Shown: piece after piece, positions 26,420 through 38,520 of the stretch
Numbering within the stretch: position 1 is the first letter of the stretch
How the letters are laid out: each line of letters starts with the position of its first letter
Assembly: GCF_009834535.1 (NCBI RefSeq)
Contig: NC_045696.1
Location: forward strand, 3,722,001 to 3,786,000
Direction: 5' to 3'
From: Camelus ferus
Taxonomy: Eukaryota
DNA length: 64,000 bases
Notes under the pieces: model-generated
Told to the model about the DNA's origin: nothing
Databases searched by the model: none
What the model saw: the letters and a program-made list of their open reading frames with translations, nothing else
Position numbers and translations under genes: made by a program

Positions 26420-27146
26420 GCTTGTTTCTTGGTGAGTTGCTTGTTTCTTGGTAAGTAAGTTGCTTGTTTCTTGGTAAGTTGCTTGTTTCTTGGTGAGTTG
26501 CTTGTTTCTTGGTGAGTTGCTTGTTTCTTGGTGAGTTGCTTGTTTCTTGGTGAGTTGCTTGTTTCTTGGTAAGTTGCTTGTTTCTTGGTGAGTTGCTTGT
26601 TTCTTGGTGAGTTGCTTGTTTCTTGGTGAGTTGCTTGTTTCTTGGTGAGTTGCTTGTTTCTTGGTGAGTTGCTTGTTTCTTGGTAAGTTGCTTGTTTCTT
26701 GGTAAGTTGCTTGTTTCTTGGTAAGTTGCTTGTTTCTTGGTAAGTAAGTTGCTTGTTTCTTGGTAAGTTGCTTGTTTCTTGGTGAGTTGCTTGTTTCTTG
26801 GTAAGTTGCTTGTTTCTTGGTGAGTTGCTTGTTTCTTGGTAAGTTGCTTGTTTCTTGGTGAGTTGCTTGTTTCTTGGTAAGTTGCTTGTTTCTTGGTAAG
26901 TAAGTTGCTTGTTTCTTGGTAAGTTGCTTGTTTCTTGGTAAGTAAGTTGCTTGTTTCTTGGTAAGTTGCTTGTTTCTTGGTAAGTTGCTTGCTTCTTGGT
27001 AAGTTGCTTGTTTCTTGGTGAGTTGCTTGTTTCTTGGTGAGTTGCTTGTTTCTTGGTGAGTTGCTTGTTTCTTGGTGAGTTGCTTGTTTCTTGGTGAGTT
27101 GCTTGTTTCTTGGTAAGTTGCTTGTTTCTTGGTAAGTTGCTTGTTT
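26420..27146. repeat. 19-bp minisatellite (GTTGCTTGTTTCTTGGTRA), about 37 units
   Basis: Counted 37 GGTRAG cores: 18 G-type and 19 A-type, four of which carry an extra GTAA. One point variant lies near 26991. Confidence 0.98.
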
Positions 27147-28944
27147 TTGTCTTTGGCCACCATTCTGGGGCCAAGGACTTTAGGGGAGGTGCAAGGTGAC
27201 AGAGTCCCAGGAGACATGGCCCCGTCTGCAGAGGATGCCAGCCCCCCAAGAGCACTGGGACAGGGACAAAGCCCCCGGGAGTGGAGTCAGACCCCGGGAG
27301 AGCTCAAGGAGGGAGTCAGGAGAGTGCGGGCCACACGAGGGCGTTGGCCGGAGCCCCCTAGGTTCCTGGTGGACCGTATGAAGGGCGCGGCCAGGCTGGC
27401 CATGAGCATTCAGCTCCTCCCTCGGCCAAGGGCACCTGTTTCCTGCCCAGCGGCAGGGACTTTGGCCTCTTCCTTGCTCTTGGCGCGAATTAGCTCATGG
27501 GGTTAATTCAGGACACCAGCCGGGAGTGTCCCTCTGAGAGGCTCAGGGGCTCCAGGCCTCCTTCCATCTCGCCCTCTGTCAGCAATCAGCAGCCTCTAAA
27601 GGACTGTGACTCTCACTCCCAGGCCTGAAGCCCCCGCAGACCCCTTGTTGGCCCATCTGACCCCCGGGAAGGCCGCTCCCTCTGGCCTGTTTCTGGCCCC
27701 GTATCTGGTCACCACCCTGGACGTCACTGCCAGCCCCTGAGGGTCCAGTGGCCCCACTTGCACATCTGTTCCCCTCCTCCTGGGCCTTCCTGCCAGGCTG
27801 GCTGCCCCGCCCTCCTCCTCCTCCTCCACCCAGTCAGGGCAACTTTCTCCAGGAAGCCTCCCAGCCCCACGTCCAGGTGTGACGGGCCCCCCCGGACCCC
27901 GTAGGAGGAGGCCCTTCCTCACTGTCAGCCTCAGGGCCTGACTGGGCTTGATTCTGTACTTCCCTGTGCGTCTGCTCTGAAGGAACCAGTGACGATGTCT
28001 CCAGACACCTCTCCCCAAATTACCAAAGAATCTCGTAACAGGCGGTACCCTCCCCTGCCCTGCCATCAAGAGAAGGGTCTTGTCCCCTGTGGCAGGTGCT
28101 GGGCAGATGGACGGAGGACATGGTGGAAGGTTGGGGCGGCGAGGAGGAAAAGGAGGAGAGAAAGAACAAGTGATTAGATGAGGCCAAGTCGAGACCTGAT
28201 CGTTGGCCCATAAGATGCTCTGAGGGCTTCTCCTGCGTGCGGAGCAGCAGGGTGGACGGCGTATTCAGTGCGTGCCTCCCGAGTGTTTCCGCGTGCCCGC
28301 GCACCTGCTGAGTGGCTTAGAGGTAGGCCTTTAAGGTCGGAGAGTTCCAGAAGGAGAACCTTTACACCTCCAGCCCTGCTGCCCAGGTCCACTCCTGCGA
28401 GGGCGAAATCGGGGGCAGGCTTCCCCTTGACCCCTCCTCGCTCATCCCAGGGGTGCTGAGCCAGCGTCCATCTCTGCCCTGGGGGCTGCCCGGCCCCTGC
28501 AGAGGGTCACCCAGGAGTCAGAAGGAAAGGGAGTGTGAAGACAAGGAAAGTGGCCCCGGGCAGGGCCGTGGCCCCACCCTTGGGGAAAGAGTTAGTGAGG
28601 AGACCAAGGTGTGCAAACAATAACAAACAGGCCATTAGAGGGAAGGGCCAGATGAATGCTCCTTCCCACACCCCACCCCCAGGGCTGAACTTTCAACCCC
28701 ACTGGAAGGTCCGCCTCCACTGCAGGTGTCCCGTCTCCATAGGAACCGGGAATCAGTTCACAAATAGAATGGCCCTGTGGGAACTGGGAGCTGCGGGCAG
28801 GTCAAGGGGCAAAGTTTTCATTTATAGCACCTTGGTATGAAGGTGTCAGGCCAGGTCTCAGCCAACTTCTACCCAAAACGATGAAGCTGGCCTCCTGGTC
28901 CTTTATTTAACCGTCAGTAGAATGGCTCTTGTCATTGACAGTGC

Positions 28945-29260
28945 TGTGGTTAGGATGCTTTTGGCCATGAATAGTAGAATTTCTAACTCTCAGAAGCTAA
29001 AGCAATGCTTTCTGTTGTCTTATAAACTGTGTTGGGAGGGCACTGAGTTGGTGAGGTTTTCTTGGCTTTCCCCACAGTGGCAAGATGGCTGCAGGGGCTC
29101 CAGGCATCACATCCTCCTAGGACAACACCCAGTGCAGGGAGGGGCAGGTGGCAAAGGGCTATTCTCACAGCTCTTTTATCACCTCATCCAGAAGCCCTCC
29201 GTGACTTCACCTTCCTGATCATTGGCCAGACAGAGTCACCCAGCCACTGCCGGACATTCA
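28945..29260 (-). mobile_element. Old MaLR LTR fragment (MLT1J/K-like)
   Basis: ggttaggatgcttttggc..., caagatggctgcaggggctccaggcatcacatcctc, cattggccaga. Confidence 0.6.
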
Positions 29261-30147
29261 AGCACATAAAAACAAATGAAGCAGGGGGCAGGGTGTCTGG
29301 ACCTGAAATGTCCAGTCTCTGCAGCTGATGACCTATGTCCCTTTCCACCCCTCCAACTCACACACATGCACACACTCACACACGTGTACATACACTACAC
29401 ATTGACTCTCACACACACATGCTTCTACACCCACATTTGGTCCGCGCAGTTCCCGTGAGGCAGGACTGAGCCCTTCGCAAGAGTAGACACACGAGCGAGG
29501 CTGCCCCCCAGGCCCTGGGGAATGAGGGAGGAGTGGGCTCTGAGATCCTGCCCCTGCACTTTTCCTGGAACATTCTGGAAAGAGGTGCCCACCAGAGTCA
29601 GTGGTCAGGACCTAGCAAGAGCTTCAGGACACCTGCTCTTCCTCATGAACACAGCCCCCTAGATGGGCCCCTCTCCATCCTGGGGGCTTGAGTTTGGGGC
29701 TGCTGAGCCCTGCGTTTCCTGCAGCCAGTCTGCGGAAGTGCCCAGAGAGGACAACGTCACATTTTGTTAACAACCTTGCAGACGCTCTTCTTAGCAGATG
29801 GGTACATATCCTTTACATTTCCAAAAAGAAAGGGTTTGTAATCCACACACTGCCTTATGGTCTCTGTTTTCCTTTTGGGATGATGTGAACACTCTGCCAG
29901 GGGGCATGCTTCTGCAACTGACGGTGGCTGTGTCCCCGCCGCACACACGTTCCTCGGCTGGTTGTGCTCACCCTGGGCCTTCCTCATTTCCTCGTGGGCG
30001 GCAGCCTTTGCTTGAGTTATGGGGGCACGTGGCAGGGCTGCCACCCACACAGTCCTCTCACACAAAAGTGCCTGCCCGGGAACTGGCTCTCAAACTGCTT
30101 TTCTCAATCACTGTTCCCATCACAGCTGCTCTCACCAGAAATCGTGC

Positions 30148-30633
30148 TGTTATCAGGTCCAGACTCTGTCTTCTTGCTGCCCGACAGGCTAGTAAATCAG
30201 GAGACGACGCATTGGGGCAAGGAATAATGACTTTATTTGGAAAGGCAGCAGACTGAGAAGATGGGAGACTAATGTCCTGGAGAACCATCTTCCCTGAGTT
30301 AGAATTCAGGCTCCTTTTATACTGAAATGGGGAAGGGGTGTGGCTGGTGGTTGCAAACTCGTTGGTGCCCACCAGACTGGTGGGGACATGATAATGCTTT
30401 GGTTTGCAGTTGTCCATGTAGGTCTGGTCACAATGTTCCCGTGAACTTACATGACAAATGTCATTCTCTGTTCTGCAACTTTTTATCTCTGTATGAATGG
30501 AAAAGTGTTCTACCGTTGAAGGTCAGAGCCTTGAGAATGGGCTACATATTTCAGGCTCTAGGCCACATTCTTAAGCAAAAGCAATAGAACACAAAGGTCT
30601 AATATGGAGTCAGATCTGTTCTTCCCTGTTGCA
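30148..30633 (-). mobile_element. ERV1-class solo LTR
   Basis: TG...CA termini; minus-strand AATAAA and TATAAAA; first ~190 bp clearly homologous to 57431-57620. Confidence 0.8.
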
Positions 30634-32189
30634 GCATCCTTTGAAGGGACACAGGCACTTCTGAGTTAACTTACGAGCTGCTGGGGTCCCCCCATCCTCG
30701 CCCCCTCCCCCTCCCCTCCTCCTGCTCCCCCTCCCTCCTTCTCCCCCACCTCACATCAACCCTGTCACCTCTCGCCCCCTCCCACCAGATGTCCCAGACC
30801 CCGGCTCCAGCCTGATGTCTCTCCCCGGCTCAGGAACTCACACAGCACTGAGACTGACTTGATCTGTCTGCCCAGGAGAGGGGACAGGTCACTATAGGGT
30901 GGAAGGGGACAGGGCAGGCAGAGAGGGGACGGGAGGGAGAAGGGGACAGGGGATGGAGGAGGGGACAGGGAGTGACCACAGTGGAGGACAGGGGCTTGTG
31001 TGAACCCTGCAGCTCCATGACCCTGGAAGTCTGTTAGCTTCTCTGGACCTTTTTCCTCAGAGAGCCCTGGTGCAAGGATGCCAGGGGGCCTCCTCTCCCC
31101 CCAGCCCCACGGGCCCGGGGGCCAAACTGCCTGGTTTGTGAAGGAGACACAGGGACCTTCCTCTCCGGGGACCCATGGAGGGGAGGGTGCAAAACATCAG
31201 AGGCTTGGCTCTCGCCCCTGGCACGCACCTGCTCGCCAGACAGACTCCACCTTCTAGGCTGCCTCCCACACGGGGTCAGCCAGGAGCTCAGGCTCCAGGG
31301 ACAGCAACTCCCGAGGGGGAGGGGGTGGGTCCCCCGTCCCTGTGGGAGGTCCTGGAGGAGATGAGCCTCAGATGCCAAGACTCAGTTCTGGCTGTGGGGG
31401 CCCCTGGCAATGGAAACAGTCGGGTGCCAGGTTTCCAGCTGTCCTGGAGGAACTTGATTCTGTGACAGGGAGCAGCCCCTCGGGTTGGGAGGGGGCCGGA
31501 CACCCTGGGAGGTGGGTGTGCGGACAGAACCAGGGCCAGGGTGGCCGGTGGTGGCTCCAGATCCTTCCCGGCCCGAAGACCATTCCTAGGACCCAGGCAG
31601 CGCACAGGCCCGGGAGCCCAGCAGCCGGAGCAGACCCTCCGAGGCTCCGTCAAGAGGTTAATTATTCACACGGCCCAGGACCCAGGGCTGCCGCCGTCCA
31701 CCCCTCCCCTCCCCGCTGCCTGCAGAAGGTGCCCTTTTGGACTCAGGCGCCGAGGAGGAGAGAGCAATTGTTACTGGAATCATTAAAGTATTTTCTGTGA
31801 AATCGATGTTGGTTGAAACAAATTAGAAAACACAGAAAAGTATGAACTAGGAAAGAAACACCGCCTGTGAGCCCACTAACCAGAGATGAGCTCTGTGAAG
31901 AAGTTAGTGTATTTCTGCCCAGGTTTTCACCCCTGAGTGTAACCCCCCTGCTCCCCACGGCCTCCCCTGCGGGCTGAGGCTGGTGCCCGGGACACAGGCC
32001 CCGCTGCAGAGGGCCGGCCAGCCCCGCTCCTGGCTGCCTCCAGCCCCTCTGAGCCCTGATAAAAGGAATGTTCACATGCTGAGACATAGGGAAGGCATCC
32101 TGGCTTATACAGGAGTTCACATGAATTTGATGTTGACTGAAACAGCCTGTTTATGGCCCATCGAACATGCACTGTCCATCTTCTTTAAT

Positions 32190-32329
32190 TATTAAAGGAA
32201 AAGCCACATTGACCAGAAGTAAAGAAGGCCCATGTTAAAAATAAAGATGAAATGCCGCTCTTCTGAGGAAGCCTGAGCTGGTCCTCCTTTGCTGGTAAGA
32301 CCCCCTTCCCAGGTGGCCGCACTGACTCG

Positions 32330-32368
<39 letters not shown>

Positions 32369-32916
32369 TGTGCTGATGTGTGTGTGTGTGTGTGTGTGTG
32401 TGTCTGTGCTGATCTGTGTGTGTGTGTGTCTGTGCTGATCTGTGTGTCTGTGCTGATCTGTGTGTGTGTGTGTGTCTGTGCTGATCTCTGTGTGTGTGTG
32501 TCTGTGCTGATCTGTGTGTGTGTGTGTCTGTGCTGACGTATGTGTGTGTGTGTGTCTGTGCTGATCTGTGTGTGTGTGTGTCTGTGCTGATCTGTGTGTG
32601 TGTGTGTCTGTGCTGATCTGTGTGTGTGTGTGTGTCTGTGCTGATCTGTGTGTGTGTGTGTGTCTGTGCTGATCTGTGTGTGTGTGTGTGTCTGTGCTGA
32701 CGTGTGTGTGTATGTGTGTGTGTTGAAACCTTGAAGGGACCCCTGACTTGCCGAATGCGCTTTGTTCTGACAAGACGCAAAGCTGTGCTGGGAGCCCTGC
32801 TTCTCCGGAGCAGTTTCTCGGAGGAGGCTGGGAAGCGGGCTTCCGGGCTGGTCCTCAGTTTGGCTCAAATAAAACTCTTCTCTATTCTTATTACGACTGT
32901 TTACTATTTTCGCTGA
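32190..32916 (+). mobile_element. ERV1-like LTR hosting a compound microsatellite
   Basis: gtcctcagtttggctcaAATAAAactcttctctattcttatt is an LTR R/U5-type signature. Termini are degenerate. Confidence 0.55.
32331..32722. repeat. Compound repeat: (TG)n blocks separated by TCTGTGCTGA(TC), 13 units
   Basis: Read directly; 13 CTGTGCTGA spacers with variable TG counts. Confidence 0.97.
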
Positions 32917-33768
32917 TCCCCGCCCTGCACCCCAGACCCCAGGCCGCCTCTCCACACAGTTGTTGGGGGCTGCTGCTTTGCGGGCCACTTGAAAGGTGAG
33001 TTGCGTACGTGTGCGGGGAAGAGCTGTCGTGGGTGATGGGTGCGCCCGGTGCCTCCTGTGCTCTGCCCCGGCTCCCAGGTGCAGCTGGGTCTGGGGGACC
33101 CACCTCCCTTCGGTGCAGCCCCCTGCTCACTTTCTGCCCCCGCTTCCCCTCTTGAAGCCCACCTGGCGTCCAGGAGTCCCCGGGAGGCGTGGGAGTCACC
33201 CCCGCACGGTGGGAAACAGGGATGGATGGGCAGGGCTGCCCCCTGTCCAGCCTCCCCTGACAACTCCGAGGCCCCCTTTCTTCTCAGAGGCCCTGGGGGA
33301 CCACACTTTCCAGGACCCTCTCCCCCATGTCTTGAATTGGCTTTCTGTCTCCTCGACCCCCTGCTCAGGCTCCCTGGGGCCCCTGCCTAACTGAACACCT
33401 GCACGTAGTCCTCCTCCACGCCCTGCACGGGGGACCAGGCATGGGCCACTGCTCCTGGCCAGCCTGCATGGGCTCCTTCTGGAGGACACAGGATGCCAAT
33501 GAGGAGCCTGGAACTGCTGAAAACGGAGGAGATAGTTGACCAGAGTGGCGGATCGTCTGCGAGGCTGGGTCAGCCGTGACCCCACAGAGCTCAGTTTTGG
33601 GAGTAGACGATGTGGCTTTGACACTCAGATGCCACCCATTTCTAACGTGGCCAAGTGTCCAGCAGGCTGAGACCTCCGCCAACTCAAGGCAGCTCCTGAA
33701 CAAATACCATTCAAAGCATAACCATGATTTCTGAGTTACATCAGTTCAGGAAGGATGAAAATACATTA

Positions 33769-33875
33769 GGAAGGGTGGAGCTCCGCGGTAGAGCACGTGC
33801 TTAGCACACCAAGGTCCTGGATTCAATCCCCAGGACCTCCGTTAAAGATAAATAAACCTAATTACCTCCCATCCC
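33769..33875 (+). mobile_element. vic-1-type SINE
   Basis: ggaagggtggagctccgcggtagagcacgtgcttagcac...ggattcaatcccc...aataaacctaattacctccc. Confidence 0.88.
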
Positions 33876-34505
33876 ATAATATATATAAATATAAATACAT
33901 AAAAGTCTTAAATAGAAAGTTCTGGAAGGACAGCCGGGCCCCACCGGGCCTTGCCAGTACACGTTTTCTCCAGAGTCACCGGCAGCCTCTTGGACCATAA
34001 AACGTGGGCACAGCTGAACCCACCGGTGCCATCACAAACGGTAAACGGCGCACTCAGAGCCAGGGACTCGCTACCTCTAACCTTGAATGGACACTGCCCG
34101 TCCCTGGGGAAGGTCACCTGCTTTCCACCTGCAGGGTCTCCCCAGGCCTGTGCCCAGGGAGCCAGGTGCTACTTCAGGGTCAGTGACCTGCTGTCCCACC
34201 TGGAACTTGACCCAGACTGGATGCAGGTGGGACCCCCATCGCTTTCCAGACAAACCATAAAAAAGGTGTCGGCCCTTCCCTGTCTTAACAGTCTCACCAC
34301 TTCAGCTTTGGCTCCGCCTGGATTTTGTGCCCTGGCTTTGCATTTTAATGTCTTTGTTTTGTCTGCCCAGCCTATTTTATTGCTACAAACCACAAAAACG
34401 GGGCCAGCGTGCCTGGAGCAGGCGGGGCCTCCCCTCCTCCCCGCAGCGTCTTCCCACTTCCCCCTCCTCCCTCTCCTCCCTCTGCTCCTCCAGCAGGAAA
34501 CGGGC

Positions 34506-35025
34506 TGTGCTAGGGGTTGGATTATGTGCCCCCAATTGTGCCCCCATTTATGTGTCAGGGTTCTGTACCACACCCCGTACCTCAGAATGTGGCCTTACTG
34601 AGGTACGGGGTCTTTACAGAGGTGACCAAACGAAAATGAGATCGTTAATGTGAGGCCCTGACCCGACAGGATTGGCGTCCTTATAAAAAGGGGAAGTTTG
34701 GGCAGAGACAGACCCATGCAGAGGACGACCACGTGGAGACACCGGGAGAAGGCGGCCACGTGGCTGGGTGATGCGGCCCCAAGCCGACGACACCAAGGAT
34801 GCTGGCGAACACCAGAAGCTGGAGGAGGCAAGCAGGCCCCTCCGCAGTAGAGCACGTGCTTAGCACACCGAGGTCCTGGGTCCATAGTTTGTTTTCTAGA
34901 GCCTTCAGAGAGAGCGTGGCCCTTGACTTTGGAGTTCTGGTCTCCAGAACTGTGAGAGAATACGTTTCTGTTGTTTAGGCCCCAGTCTGTGGCCCTGTAC
35001 TGAGGCAGCCCTGGAAAACAGCGCA
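34506..35025 (+). mobile_element. MLT1B/C (MaLR) solo LTR with an inserted SINE fragment (~34840-34893)
   Basis: cctcagaatgtggcctta..., gtccttataaaaagggga, tccagaactgtgagagaatacgtttctgttgttt. Confidence 0.85.
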
Positions 35026-36524
35026 GGGAGTGAACTCAGCAAGCGTGGGGACATAAGCCTGCCAAATACCCCCTTGAACGAGGGAGCTGTCACGCCTGGC
35101 TGTCCGTTCTGTCTGTTCTGTCTACGAAGTTGTTGCGGGTCACTCAGGACTTTGAGAAACAGGATATTTTCGAAACTCAAAAGGTTTACTGGCTAAAAGC
35201 TTGTCTTGCAATATAAAGAACCCCTGTGCCGACCAAATTCATAGACCTGTTTTCTCCATATCATCCCTGATTTAGTTTTCTCAGAAATAAAAACTGTATG
35301 AATGTAAGTGTCACGGCATTTGGAAACAAGGATCAGCTTATCTCCTCTCCCAGGACTTAGTTGCAACCGTGGTCCTGCCCCACCTGCCCACGGAAGCCAT
35401 TCGGAGCTGTGGTGGGCGGTCCAGGGCTTACCACCCGGTTTTGAAAGCTTCCCTCTGCATGGGGCTGGCTGCCTGGGGGAGACTGTGGAAGTCACAGCCT
35501 GTGCTGATGCCCGGAGTGGAAAATATGATGGTATTTATTGATTCTGGCTGCAGGTTAGGGCAATTTTTAGCAGCTGGCTGGCCAGCAGGAGGCCCCGGGG
35601 GCAGCCCCTGCTTTGGGTGGGAGGCAGGGCCTCCCCTGGAAGCCATCCAAGGAAGGCGGGGAAGGGAGATGCCCGCATGTGCTCACACCTTCCTTCGCAG
35701 CCTGAGTTCTCCGTGAGCGCCCCCTGCGTGGGCTGGGTCGCCTCCCTAGCTGTGCTTGGGAGCCCCCTGGAGGCTGATGAACTGGCAAGTGAACAAGGGG
35801 GTTTGGACCCTGCCCTGCTCTGATCCCACACGGCGGGTGGCCCACACCTTGGGAAGGATGCTTCTGTCCTGTCTGGTCCTGGGCTCTGACCCCCAGGAGG
35901 CCTGACGGTCAGGGCGAGGGGCTGAAGGAAGCAGGCTGAAGCCCTGGCTTTGCCACCCCTCACCGCACATGAGGACCACGCCACACATCCTTCAAGGGTC
36001 TTGTGAAGTGGACACAGTCTTAGCCCTCGAGTAAGTGGCCCACCAGTGTTCACCTTCCTGAGGGTGGGGTGGTCTGCTGGCTGGCATCAGGCTCTGAGGG
36101 TGGGGCCGTACCGTCCCCAGGGGGGATCTTGGCATCCCTTCCCTTTCGCAGCGGGTGTGGACCCACGTGGGCCTTGCCCTCCTTTCTCACTTCCTGGGCT
36201 GGAGGGGACCTGAGTCAGTCGTGGAAGCGGCAGAGGAGGCCGCCTTCTGCAAAGAGACGTAAACACCAAGCGGGACGAGTCGCCTCCAGGGAGGGCACGG
36301 CCCAAGCTCCCTAGGACCACAGGCTGTCTGTGCGAAAGGGGCTTGAGATCATCTAGCTAGACATCGCCGAGGATGTCATTTGGCAAAAGGCGTGGAGGAT
36401 GAATCCTCTTGGTTGAATGCACTGCAGGACTTTTCAGGGCCTTGACTGCTCAGCTGCTCAGGGAATGTGATAAACAGGGGTGTGGCTGCAGCCCTTCCCA
36501 GGTGTATCTGACTTCAACTAAAAG

Positions 36525-37620
36525 TCAGGTTTATTAGGGTGCAACTGACACAGAGCAAAACTCCTTCTTAGGGAGTAGTTCTACGAGTTTTGAAAAATGT
36601 ACACACTGTGTTACCGCTAAGGGAACCCAGAGTGGAACATGTCCACCCCCCAGCCCCCCACCCCTTTGCAGTCAGTCTCCTCCTTCCACCCCAGCGCCTG
36701 CAACCAGGGATGGATTCAGTCTCTGCTGAATGACTATAGGTTGTTTATCCGTCTACCAGGTGATGGACCTTTGGGTTGTCTACAGTTTGGGGCGATTGTG
36801 AATAAAGCTGGCAGAAACATTTGCACACAAGTTTCAATGTAAACACTAGTTTTCATTTCGCGGGTATATACCTAGGGTTAGAATTGCTGGGTCATTTGGT
36901 AAATTTATGTTTAACTTTGTAAGAAAATTGCCAACTGTTTTCTAAAGTGGCTATACCATTATGAATTCTTTTTTTTTTTAACTGAAGTATAGTTGATTTA
37001 CAATGTTGTGTTAATTTCTGGTGTACGGCAAAGTGATTCAGTTATATATATTTTTTTTTTCATAATAGGTTATTATAAAATATTGAATGTAGTTCCCAGT
37101 GCCACACAGTCAGTCCTTATTGTTTATCTGATAGATAGTAGTGTGTATATATTAATCCCAAACTCCTAATTTACCCCTCCCCCACCCTCTCCCCTTTGGT
37201 AACCATAGTTTGTTCCTATGTCTGTGAGTCTGTTTCTGTTTTGTAAATAAGTTCATTTGTGTCTTTTTTTTTTTTTTTTTTTTTTTTTTAGATTCCACGT
37301 TTAAGTGATAACATACGCTGTTTGTCTTTCTCTGTCTGACTTGCTTCACTTATAGGATCATCTCTAGGTCCATCTATGTGGCTGCAAATGGCACTATGCA
37401 TTCTTACCAGTGGTTCATGCAGACTTCATTTGTTCCGCAGGCTTATCAGCCCTCGGGGTTGGGTGTCGTCTCTTGCTGACTGTTGTTACAGCCTTTCTAG
37501 TGGATGTGTAGTTGTAGCCCAGTAATTATCGGAGGTAATTTGCATTCCTCTAATAATTAATGACCAGATGTCTTTACGAGGGCTTCTGAGCTTCTTTGCT
37601 ATTCATTCATCTTGTTTGAA
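36525..37620 (-). mobile_element. Old L1M 3' remnant interrupted by a younger L1
   Basis: gatggacctttgggttgtctacagtttggggcgattgtgaataaagctg...gaattgctgggtca; the host sequence resumes after 37405. Confidence 0.75.
36971..37391 (-). mobile_element. Artiodactyl/camelid L1 3' end with target-site duplication
   Basis: Poly-T tail; TSD cattatgaattctt (36957-36970) vs cactatgcattctt (37392-37405), 12/14 identical. Confidence 0.88.
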
Positions 37621-38074
37621 CACTTTTTTTTCCCCTGCTGGGCTATTTCATGGGAAATGCTTTCCTGACCCAATCTCTTCATGTTAAAGATGAAGAGGAA
37701 AAGTGTGCACCAGAGAGGGTGTGCGCTGAGCCTGAAGGTGCTCAGCAGCAGCAAGGCTGGGACAAGAACTCGCACGTGGCTCCCTCCCTTGCAGGGTGCA
37801 GAGGGGAAGAAAACCCAAAGTGGCTCAGTTTTCTCTCCCTGCTCAACTCAAAAATGAAGTACCCTGATTCATAAGGAAAAAAGCTAGCTCGGGGAGTGGC
37901 CCTTGATCTCCTGTGGGAGCTCCTTGTGTGACTTCACGTTAAGCATGGTAGATGGAATAGACACATTTATCAGCTCCTTTAGAAAAGCTTGTAGAACACC
38001 GGCACGGCAAACGTAAGGGGCCAGCTCACAAGAACAAGGGGAGTGGGGGCAGCAGCAGGTGTCCATGAAAGTGT

Positions 38075-38520
38075 CCCTTCACCCTTCTTTTTGGCTGACA
38101 GAGCCCCAGTTTTGGCTGGAGCAGGCATGCTCCCAATGAACTCGTTTCCCGGAGCCCCTGGCCCTGGGGAGGTCCGTGTGACCCTGGGGAAGTGGAAGTC
38201 TGCTGGAGATCCTGGGGCGTCTCCTTCCTGACCTTGGAGCCACTGCTTCTCCATCGTCTTTTCTTTCATCCCTCCTTGGAATGTAGACGTGATGCTGGAG
38301 AGGAGCGATGCTCTCGTGACCATGAGGGAACCACGAGGATGAAAGCTGCATGGTGAGGATGGCAGAAGAGAAGGACAGGAGGACGCTGGGATGGCGAAAG
38401 CGCCGTGGGGCTGCCGTACCAGCCTGGGGTTGCTTGCTCTTGGTGAGAAAACTGAAGTGCTGTTTGGTTGTGCCATTGAACGGGGGTCTGCTACGTGCAG
38501 CCAAATGCAAGCTGTACGTG
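38075..38520 (+). mobile_element. Old MaLR LTR (MLT1J/K-like)
   Basis: ggaatgtagacgtgatgctggag...gtgaccatgaggg...gaggatggcagaagag. Confidence 0.55.

Noticed and set aside
26420..27146. CRISPR-like array
   Set aside because: Units are head-to-tail with no unique spacers, there are no cas genes, and the DNA is mammalian.
26281..27255. 324-aa and 266-aa minus-strand ORFs with QETSNSPRNKQLTKKQAT repeats
   Set aside because: The minus strand of the 19-bp unit has no stop in any frame, so long ORFs are automatic. There is no other coding evidence.
32185..32988. His/Thr-rich ORFs (267, 193 and 181 aa)
   Set aside because: They are translations of the (CA)n compound repeat.
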